A DNA stretch of 64,000 bases from a virus. Each line of letters opens with the position of its first letter. The first letter of the stretch is position 1. This document shows, in pieces, positions 19,041 to 26,407 of the stretch. The stretch lies in IMG/VR virus record IMGVR_UViG_3300031519_004559, one strand, 5' to 3'. A model generated the notes under the pieces. That model did not search any database and had not been told where the DNA came from. It was given only the letters and a program-made list of their open reading frames with translations. Made by a program: the position numbers and the translations under genes.

Positions 19041-19225
19041 TTTCCCGCCTTTGAGTCTTTCTCTGCTTTAGTTAGTTTTTGATTCCAGCTACTATTGCTA
19101 ATACCAAGTTCGCTGGGCATAGGCTTTGTTTTGCCTTTAGTAATTTCTCCACCTTTGGCAAGAAACTCTGCCTTCATTCGTTCTAGTTCATCATCTTTAG
19201 GTTTTGCATCGTGATTCATTGGCAT
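19037..19225 (-). CDS. Small protein with SutA-like RNA-polymerase-binding motif
   Basis: ELERMKAEFLAKGGEIT resembles the FLxxGG motif of SutA. Confidence 0.5.
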   Translation of the reverse strand: MPMNHDAKPKDDELERMKAEFLAKGGEITKGKTKPMPSELGISNSSWNQKLTKAEKDSKAGK

Positions 19226-19237
19226 GCGCAGTATTCC

Positions 19238-19459
19238 TTATTTGTATTTGTTAAATGCCGCAATTCTGTCTGCACGAGTATATCCTCGATCAAGTGCATA
19301 AGGATCAATATTTAATTTAGCTGCTATGTCGGTTGCTTCTTTTAAAGAACGACACGTACTAACTAAAATGTCTCTAGCTAATAGTACCTTCCATCTTGGA
19401 TTTTGTTTAGTATCTGTTGTTTCTACTACTGTGTAGTCGGTGTGTATTCTTTTAGCCAT
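19238..19459 (-). CDS. Hypothetical protein
   Basis: SD AAGGA. Confidence 0.55.
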   Translation of the reverse strand: MAKRIHTDYTVVETTDTKQNPRWKVLLARDILVSTCRSLKEATDIAAKLNIDPYALDRGYTRADRIAAFNKYK

Positions 19460-19510
19460 TAAAACATTCCTTGTTTATTAAAACGAGACGCTATTGCCTT
19501 CGTAGTTGCC

Positions 19511-20566
19511 TTACTCATTAGATATTGCCTCATAAAGTGCGCTACCGCTAAAAAACTCTTTGTTAAGTTTAGTAACTTGCTTGTTAATATTTGGAAGTAG
19601 ATCATCATAGTTTTCCATATAGTTTACAATTTGTGCGACTATTTTGTCTTTATGATGCAAGTATGCGTCATAGTTCTCAGTCCACTCACTAGGGTATTTA
19701 AATATGTCTAACCCCATTTCACTGTAACTTAGACGATCAGGTACCATAGGAATAGCATCAACTAATGCGCCTTCATACCAGCTAATGCCAAGTGTTTCTT
19801 GTAGGTTAGCACTAAACACCATCTTAGCTTCGCCTAACAAGTTATGATATTCGTTTTTAGTAAGTTGGTAATCTTGACAAACAACAAACTCGTATTGCGG
19901 CAACCGCTCTGCAAGATCTCTAAAGATTTCAACTTGCTTTTCAGGTGCAACTCTATGTGGAAATAAGATCAAGTCTCGTTTTGTCATACCTTTATAACTA
20001 TCTAAACTGCTACGCAAGTACTCCATAGGCCAGCCAACTCTTATTGCTTTGTCCATATCAACATTATAATTATCCATCATTGTATCTGTAAATAAATCAA
20101 TATGGAATTCACTTGCAAAGAAGTTGTCATCATAGCATTCGTACATTGACATTTCAGCATGTCTAACCCACGGCTTGTCACCTATTAGTCTACCCAAGAA
20201 GTCTTGTGGATCGTAACTACCAGCATGCCACATGCCGCCAATACGAATGTCAACACCTAGTAACTCTGCCATATACTTTAATTGTATAACAGTAGGGTTC
20301 CAAGCATCTGTGTATAAAAAGTAGTCACCGTCCTTAACTTCTCCGTTAGCAAATATCCTGCTAATCTCTAACATTTGTTGGGATTTATAATTATTAGTTC
20401 CTGCAAAGTTAAGAAATGCCCCAGGCGTTGTAGCCTGAGGTACTTCTCCGCCACTAATTACAGTGACGTCTTCGTTTGTAGCTCGTTGCAGTTGTTTAGG
20501 AAGATACTCTTTCCATTGCTTAGTATAGCGTGAGTCAACTGCTTCAATGTCTACAATATAAATCAA
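19511..20566 (-). CDS. GT-B fold glycosyltransferase
   Basis: WHAGSYD, FPHRVAPEKQ, ETLGISWYEG (E-x7-E retaining-GT motif), PDRLSYSE; likely TTG start overlapping the upstream TGA. Confidence 0.8.
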   Translation of the reverse strand: MIYIVDIEAVDSRYTKQWKEYLPKQLQRATNEDVTVISGGEVPQATTPGAFLNFAGTNNYKSQQMLEISRIFANGEVKDGDYFLYTDAWNPTVIQLKYMAELLGVDIRIGGMWHAGSYDPQDFLGRLIGDKPWVRHAEMSMYECYDDNFFASEFHIDLFTDTMMDNYNVDMDKAIRVGWPMEYLRSSLDSYKGMTKRDLILFPHRVAPEKQVEIFRDLAERLPQYEFVVCQDYQLTKNEYHNLLGEAKMVFSANLQETLGISWYEGALVDAIPMVPDRLSYSEMGLDIFKYPSEWTENYDAYLHHKDKIVAQIVNYMENYDDLLPNINKQVTKLNKEFFSGSALYEAISNE

Positions 20567-20778
20567 TTTCCGTTCCTTGCCCGACGTTGTTGCCGACCTT
20601 GGTATTTTTGCCAAGAAAGATAACTTTCCCAGATTCGATCGCCTTTCTTATAAAGACTCTTTTCGTCATACGGTTTAGCTTCGAACCTACAGTAGTCTTT
20701 AAACTTATCTAGGTCATCAAATACTTTATTGTATGCTTCCCGATTGAAGTTAGCCATTTTATGTTCCTTTAATAGCAT
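20563..20778 (-). CDS. Hypothetical protein
   Basis: Coupled ORF; probable start MANFN after AAGGA. Confidence 0.55.
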   Translation of the reverse strand: MLLKEHKMANFNREAYNKVFDDLDKFKDYCRFEAKPYDEKSLYKKGDRIWESYLSWQKYQGRQQRRARNGN

Positions 20779-21227
20779 TAGTTTTTAGGATAAAAAATTG
20801 AACAGCCGTTTTCGCCATCTTCGGCGACATCAATTTCTACAAACCGGCTTGGGTATTTTGTAGAAATTTCTTGGTACAAATCATCTGCGATCATCTCACA
20901 TGACTTGTGATTCAGTTGTATTACATCTTGTGCATACAACCGTTCCATCCAGCGTTTAAACTGAATAAACTCAATATCGCGATCGTTGTGAAACACTTCG
21001 ATGCGAACTTTAAAGTGGAAAATATGACGATGCGGAATGCCTAGGAATGATACATCATCCCATTCGCCTGTTGCTAGTTTAGGATCAGTGTCTGCGCCTG
21101 GGTACATATGTACACCTTCTTTACGAAAGGTAACCCATACACTTCTGCTTGCTTGTTGTGTTGTCATTTTATCGTCTTCTTCTCTTGTTCTACGTAGCAT
21201 ATAATCATAATAAGCTTCATTTGTCAT
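20778..21227 (-). CDS. QueD-like T-fold protein with LxxxHRHxF motif (DpdL-type, putative CDG decarboxylase)
   Basis: LGIPHRHIF instead of the canonical QueD CxxxHGH; DRDIEF, SCEMIA, EDGENG. Confidence 0.75.
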   Translation of the reverse strand: MTNEAYYDYMLRRTREEDDKMTTQQASRSVWVTFRKEGVHMYPGADTDPKLATGEWDDVSFLGIPHRHIFHFKVRIEVFHNDRDIEFIQFKRWMERLYAQDVIQLNHKSCEMIADDLYQEISTKYPSRFVEIDVAEDGENGCSIFYPKN

Positions 21228-21233
21228 AGTACT

Positions 21234-21262
21234 AGTATACTTTCATTTGATTACTTTGTCAA
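21234..21262 (-). promoter_or_regulatory. Sigma70-type promoter (QueD-like gene; leaderless)
   Basis: TTGACA-17-TATACT, 6 nt before the ATG. Confidence 0.85.
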
Positions 21263-21764
21263 GGCCATAATTGTTCCAATCCGTAAATTTATTACGGTCC
21301 ATCAACTCATGCAGGCTATGGCACCAAACACCTGGATTAGTTGCTTTAAAATCTTTATCGTCAATTTTAATCATTGTGTTGTAGTTCCACTGTTTAACAT
21401 AAGGAACCACAACACGAAGTTGCGGAATAAAGTTATCTACCTCAGTTAGACCGCCGTCTAAGAACCATTCAAGGTTAATAGTACTTGGAATGTCTAAACT
21501 GCATAAGATACCTTGATCTGTAAACGCACGGATCATTAGATCCCAGTCTTCAAACTCATCTGAAGTAACTGGCTTATAACTGTGATTAGCACCAAAGAAG
21601 ATATGTTCGCACTGTTCTTCTTTGTAGAACTTCATTATCTCGTTGTAGTCCTGTGTGCCAGTAACAAACAATGTCTTCATTCCAAACGCAGGAGTCTTTT
21701 CAACTTCTACACCTGTAAAGAAGATGATGTCGTTTGCTTCGCCTGTGTCGTAATCACGTTTCAT
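21243..21764 (-). CDS. Hypothetical protein in the deazaguanine locus
   Basis: Lies between the TGT-like and QueD-like genes; GVEVE, EHIFFGANHS, PGVWCH. Confidence 0.65.
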   Translation of the reverse strand: MKRDYDTGEANDIIFFTGVEVEKTPAFGMKTLFVTGTQDYNEIMKFYKEEQCEHIFFGANHSYKPVTSDEFEDWDLMIRAFTDQGILCSLDIPSTINLEWFLDGGLTEVDNFIPQLRVVVPYVKQWNYNTMIKIDDKDFKATNPGVWCHSLHELMDRNKFTDWNNYGLDKVIK

Positions 21765-21921
21765 TTTTTAATTGATCCTTAATTGCCAGTTTTTCTTTTT
21801 TTAATTGCTGTACTTCCATTTCATTAGCACGTTCTTTTTCAGACTTTTCTATTACACCGTGTAAATGTTCGTGCATCTTTTTAAGTCTTTCTAAGTTTTT
21901 CTTTTTAGGACGCAAAGCCAT
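21754..21921 (-). CDS. DUF465/YdcH-like small coiled-coil protein
   Basis: LKKMH...LKKEKLAIKDQL; start at MALRPK after GAGGAG. Confidence 0.6.
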   Translation of the reverse strand: MALRPKKKNLERLKKMHEHLHGVIEKSEKERANEMEVQQLKKEKLAIKDQLKNET

Positions 21922-21922
21922 T

Positions 21923-23482
21923 TTATATCTCCTCGAATAAATTGCCAAAGGTGGTACTAGCATTCACAGTCTTCTTACCAATAGCACCACGTGTTCCTGG
22001 AATGGCCATCCAAAACTTTGAATAACTATCAATAACCTTCATAGACTCTTCTCGAGTTGTCTTTGAAAAAATCTCTTCAACAACATCTCTAAATAGAATA
22101 CGATCAAACTTTTCGTCTACAAGCATCTTAGGTATAACGCCTGCATCGTACTGTCTATTAGCTTCTTGTACAGCATTAATGTGTGTCCATACGTTATGGC
22201 CCATCTGAATAGCATAACTAAAGCTATCCCAGCTCGTTGAGTCCCTGCCACGTACAGTTGTGTTACCATCTGCATCTAGCAAAGGATTACCTTCTTTGTC
22301 TAAGTCAACATCGCCTTTGAGTACTTTAATAGTACCAATTTTATTAGTATCACCGACTGAATACGTGCAAATATCGTTAACTAATAATCCGTCAGTTAAT
22401 GGACTATCTTCAAATGTATTAAAGATACCGTCTTGTAGTGTAGCGTCTTTAAATCCTCGAGTGTCAGTTGCATACTTTAGTTCGTCCACACTAGGCACCA
22501 TTCGATAGGTCCATTTACCTCTATCAGGTGTTTCAACTGATGTATATACTTGTCCATTAGCAGTTGCTAAAAATGGACTAGCACAGTCAAATGTAAGCAT
22601 CATAGTAGGGTTATAGTACTTACGTACAGCTCGTTGTACGTCTGTAAGTAACGTAGCCCATTCTAGCTTAGATGTGCCTAAGAAGTGCATTACATCGTGT
22701 ATACCGCTTTGTAGTAGTCCATCATAGTGCAATGAAACTATACGTTTAAGAACCAAATGCACATCGCACATATTCTGACCACCCATTGACCACCCATTAA
22801 AGTGATTGTCTGGATATTTGACTGGATCGCAATAGTCTTTCATTTGCTCATACCAGTCATCGGCGTCTGCATGATTCTCACCTTGCAATACGTTAAGGAA
22901 CTTACAAGCACCTGTTCTATGCTTCATCCAATAGTCATTGTTAATACGTGTTGCTTTCACAGCTTCTTGATATGTACTAATACCAGTTGCCTTTGCACCT
23001 GCTGGTGAACGTGCAACCCAAGCTGGAATATCAAGTATCATACCATAGTCCATGTAAGCATCCATCCAACGCAAAACACTATCACGTTTTTGCTGTGCTT
23101 TAGGACAATTAGGATCTTTCCAATCGCCTTCCCAAACACCTTTACCAATTTGAAAACCACCACTATCGCCTAGTGCCCAAGTATTATCACGATCTCTATT
23201 ACGGATCATATCTTCCTTAGGGCTAAACTTAGTAGTGTCTAATTCAGCATGTCCTGCAGAGTAAAGCGTCCACTTGTATGTAAATGCTCCTTCTTTGGAG
23301 TTAAGATAGTTAAGACTTTCCATGCCATTTGCAAAGTTTTTAGGCATACGATCATCAGAAACATACGGACCAGTTACAGGATCAGGATAACGTTGCTTGC
23401 CCACATAAGTTGCATAGAAGCCACTAAGTGCAGGTAAGAAATGTGCGTAATCTTGTTGCGCTTCTGTAAGGTCTTTATTCAT
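21923..23482 (-). CDS. dpdA: TGT-fold guanine transglycosylase, DpdA-like (DNA 7-deazaguanine insertase)
   Basis: DSGGFQ, MILD, LQG, GG, HFLG, FDC (catalytic Asp), HN; lacks the CxCxxC Zn motif; genomic context of folE/queE/clamp. Confidence 0.8.
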   Translation of the reverse strand: MNKDLTEAQQDYAHFLPALSGFYATYVGKQRYPDPVTGPYVSDDRMPKNFANGMESLNYLNSKEGAFTYKWTLYSAGHAELDTTKFSPKEDMIRNRDRDNTWALGDSGGFQIGKGVWEGDWKDPNCPKAQQKRDSVLRWMDAYMDYGMILDIPAWVARSPAGAKATGISTYQEAVKATRINNDYWMKHRTGACKFLNVLQGENHADADDWYEQMKDYCDPVKYPDNHFNGWSMGGQNMCDVHLVLKRIVSLHYDGLLQSGIHDVMHFLGTSKLEWATLLTDVQRAVRKYYNPTMMLTFDCASPFLATANGQVYTSVETPDRGKWTYRMVPSVDELKYATDTRGFKDATLQDGIFNTFEDSPLTDGLLVNDICTYSVGDTNKIGTIKVLKGDVDLDKEGNPLLDADGNTTVRGRDSTSWDSFSYAIQMGHNVWTHINAVQEANRQYDAGVIPKMLVDEKFDRILFRDVVEEIFSKTTREESMKVIDSYSKFWMAIPGTRGAIGKKTVNASTTFGNLFEEI

Positions 23483-24216
23483 TACTTACTCTGCGCTGGA
23501 AGAATATAATTGTATGTAGCTAAACCACTGTTAACTGTAATTTGCATAGCACCTTGATCACTAATGCTCATTGTAATATCACCACCAAGACTTAAAATTG
23601 ACTGTGTTTGTGCTACAGGCCAAGCCCAAGTATGCGACAACGAACCTTCTATATTAGACTGGAATACAAACTCGCCTGCGTGTGTGCTTTGATCACCGAA
23701 GCTAAACACAAGATCAGTTGCATCGCCTGTTTTTACAGTTTTTACGTTAAACGTAGGTTCTTCGGAATGTGCTGCACTTTGCAGTTTCATTCTTGTAATA
23801 CTAGCAACATGCGGATTAAATGTTACGTCCCAGCTTGCACCTTTAAATTTAACACTTTTAAGTTTTTCATCAATAATTTGCTGATTCATAAAACGGTAAT
23901 CGTTTTGGAAATCGCCTGCTGCATTTTCAAAGTGAATATGCGTAGGAATAGTTTCGCCATTGCGTTCTGCTTGCACAACATCGATCTTAGCATCTTTCTG
24001 ATACTCTGGATTCTTCAAGTGCAATGCTAACTTATCTAAGTTAGGCATACCAAATGTACCAGATGCAACATTAGAAGTTGTTTCTGCTGTAAGTATCACT
24101 GACCGATCCTCGGCCATTGATTCAAATGTAGTAGTTTCGCCACCCGTTACTTTAACTAAGCTGAGGAATCCCAGCGAGTGTGTTTTTGCGACTACGTCTT
24201 GTAAGATGTCTTTCAT
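23482..24216 (-). CDS. DNA polymerase sliding clamp (gp45/PCNA-like)
   Basis: 244 aa, beta-rich two-domain pattern, C-terminal YNYILPA; near polB; clamp loader present in the window. Confidence 0.7.
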   Translation of the reverse strand: MKDILQDVVAKTHSLGFLSLVKVTGGETTTFESMAEDRSVILTAETTSNVASGTFGMPNLDKLALHLKNPEYQKDAKIDVVQAERNGETIPTHIHFENAAGDFQNDYRFMNQQIIDEKLKSVKFKGASWDVTFNPHVASITRMKLQSAAHSEEPTFNVKTVKTGDATDLVFSFGDQSTHAGEFVFQSNIEGSLSHTWAWPVAQTQSILSLGGDITMSISDQGAMQITVNSGLATYNYILPAQSK

Positions 24217-24217
24217 G

Positions 24218-24970
24218 TTATTCTCCTATGTTAAGTTTTATTATATTATCTTTATGACCGTTTGTCAAGTACTTTTCTATATTATATTTAGGTTTAAAGC
24301 CCAAAGTCTTAATTTTTTCCATGTTCGCACAAGTCCATTGTCGTTCATGTGGTGTATTTAGGCGGATAGGCAAGTTGTCTGCAAAATCACGGATCTTATA
24401 TGGAGTACCCGTGCCTATATCAATAGTGCCTGTATACGTGCTTTTCATACAAAGCTCAATAGCATCGCATAAATCTTCAATGTGTATAAAGTCTCTATAG
24501 TGATCTGTTACATATTCTAGTCCACCATTAAATAGTTTGTCAAAGAACATGCCTTTGCGTGGAGTGTCTGAATAAACGGTATGAAACCGCATGCCTAGTG
24601 TATCAGCATAACGTTCAGCAGCTTCTTCGACTATGTACTTAGACGCCGCATAAGGGTTCAAATCGGGCTCGTAAGCACTGGAACTGCTTGCGTATAGTAT
24701 ACGTGTATCTCTGTAGCGTTCAAACAGACGCTTGCTTGCTTCAACATTGTTACGCCAATAGCCTGCAGGATCGTTTGTACTTTCTCGAACTCCACTTTTG
24801 CCTGCTAGATGTATAATTAAATCAAACTCTTCTGAAAACTCTACATCACATAAGTCAAGTCCGTCTTGTAGGTCAATACCAACTACTACTCTGTCTTTTG
24901 TTTCTAATAGTCTGTTTAGTAAATGTGTACCAATAAATCCTTTATGGCCTGTTAATAATATTCTATGCAT
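24218..24970 (-). CDS. NAD-dependent nucleotide-sugar epimerase/dehydratase
   Basis: TGHKGFIG, HLAG, ASSSS, YAASK, RFHTVY. Confidence 0.9.
   Translation of the reverse strand: MHRILLTGHKGFIGTHLLNRLLETKDRVVVGIDLQDGLDLCDVEFSEEFDLIIHLAGKSGVRESTNDPAGYWRNNVEASKRLFERYRDTRILYASSSSAYEPDLNPYAASKYIVEEAAERYADTLGMRFHTVYSDTPRKGMFFDKLFNGGLEYVTDHYRDFIHIEDLCDAIELCMKSTYTGTIDIGTGTPYKIRDFADNLPIRLNTPHERQWTCANMEKIKTLGFKPKYNIEKYLTNGHKDNIIKLNIGE
24240..24268 (-). promoter_or_regulatory. Sigma70-type promoter (clamp-dpdA)
   Basis: TTGACA-17-TATAAT. Confidence 0.9.
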
Positions 24971-25367
24971 TAACTCGATTCCTTAAATCACTTGAACTGA
25001 AACGGTGGTCTCTTTTGTTAAAGTGTAATTCGATGTCACGCTTGCGGCAAATGTCTTTACCTGTGAAATCTTTGTCGCGATACTCTTCTCCTAGTATGCG
25101 TACTTCTATTGGATACATACTAAGGATATCTTCTAAGTCTTCTTCAGTTCCGTACGGAATAATTTCATCTACATACTCTACACCTTTTAGTTGAGTATAG
25201 CGTTCAACTACTGTTTGTATGGGTGCGTTCTTGTCTTTGCGATCAACACTAGGGTCTACCTGTAATCCGCAAATTAAATAATCGCATTGTTCTTTTGCTT
25301 CACGCAACATAATTACGTGTCCAGCATGTAATAAATCAAACGTGCTACAAGTAAATCCTACTTTCAA
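24963..25367 (-). CDS. Cytidylyltransferase (TagD-like)
   Basis: STFDLLHAGH, VDEIIPY, R..FSSSDLR. Confidence 0.9.
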   Translation of the reverse strand: MKVGFTCSTFDLLHAGHVIMLREAKEQCDYLICGLQVDPSVDRKDKNAPIQTVVERYTQLKGVEYVDEIIPYGTEEDLEDILSMYPIEVRILGEEYRDKDFTGKDICRKRDIELHFNKRDHRFSSSDLRNRVNA

Positions 25368-25693
25368 TGTTCTCTCCTTCCATCAAATACACAAATAAAC
25401 TTTAAACCAACGTCTGTGTTGTTGTGTACTCTGTGAAATACGTTGTCGTGGATTAGTACAGTGTCGCCTGCTGTAACATCAAATATTTTATGATCAAGCT
25501 CCATCTGTCCACTACCGCCTACAAAGACATAGACTTCTTCTTGCCCGGCATGCCGGTGACCTGTTGTACTTTTACCTGCATTTAAATGCGTACTACTCAC
25601 TACAAGGTTGCTTAGATCAGTATTGTCTTTAACAACATAACGTGCATCTTCTTTAACAACCTTGCCGCCAATATCCCAATCACTGTATTTCAA
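25364..25693 (-). CDS. Cupin (phosphomannose-isomerase-like)
   Basis: GHRH..QEEVY, G.G, GD, FHRVHN; probable TTG start. Confidence 0.8.
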   Translation of the reverse strand: MKYSDWDIGGKVVKEDARYVVKDNTDLSNLVVSSTHLNAGKSTTGHRHAGQEEVYVFVGGSGQMELDHKIFDVTAGDTVLIHDNVFHRVHNNTDVGLKFICVFDGRREH

Positions 25694-26406
25694 TTTGCTA
25701 TCCCCCTTTGTTGGAAATTTTCTAAAATTTCTTTTGTGTCTCTCCAACTTTTAACTTGTTTTGCAACACCGCCTGCTTCTTTTACAGCATATGCAAGACT
25801 AAAATCGTTGCCGTCTGGGTCCATTCTATCGCCAAAGAAGAATACTCTATCTTTTTGTATTTCCTGCAGCACTTGACGCTTGTCTTTACCTTTAGCAATA
25901 ATGTCAATACCGGTTTCGCCACCAACCACTGCACTTACATTAGGAAAATGTTTGTTGATCCTTTCAGCAATGTGTATGCGTTCGTCGGCTTCTATGTCAT
26001 AGTAAAAGTAATCTTTGCGTTGTACTTTATCTGCATTACGCCCCACAACACTAAAGTTAACCATGCCCGGCCGTTCTTCTAAATGCTTGCCGGTTTTAAT
26101 TGTGTATTCACTATTTTTAAGTTCAGCATTAAGAAATTCTTTAAGTTCGTCGGTCATCTTCCAAGGATTAGTGTAAACATTCTCTTGTCGATACCATACA
26201 TCGTTGCCGTTGCAATTATAAATCTTGTTTACACTCATACAAATTTCAGGACCAATCTGTTCAAGCGTTTTAGGGTTATCACTTCCTGTAACTAAACTTA
26301 CTGTATTGTTTTGCGAAAAATATAAAAACCACAATGCAAATTGAGGATTTATTTTCTTCCTACTAGGGGTAAGTGTGCCGTCAACATCAAATATAAAATG
26401 ATTCAT
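25690..26406 (-). CDS. HAD-IIB phosphomannomutase (eukaryotic PMM-like)
   Basis: FDVDGTLT, VTGSD, E.RPGMVNFS..GR, FFGD..DPDGND. Confidence 0.85.
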   Translation of the reverse strand: MNHFIFDVDGTLTPSRKKINPQFALWFLYFSQNNTVSLVTGSDNPKTLEQIGPEICMSVNKIYNCNGNDVWYRQENVYTNPWKMTDELKEFLNAELKNSEYTIKTGKHLEERPGMVNFSVVGRNADKVQRKDYFYYDIEADERIHIAERINKHFPNVSAVVGGETGIDIIAKGKDKRQVLQEIQKDRVFFFGDRMDPDGNDFSLAYAVKEAGGVAKQVKSWRDTKEILENFQQRGIAN

Positions 26407-26407
26407 T

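Noticed and set aside
20778-21227. Calling this gene canonical queD
   Set aside because: It has LxxxHRHxF rather than the catalytic CxxxHGH motif, so it is annotated as a QueD paralog.
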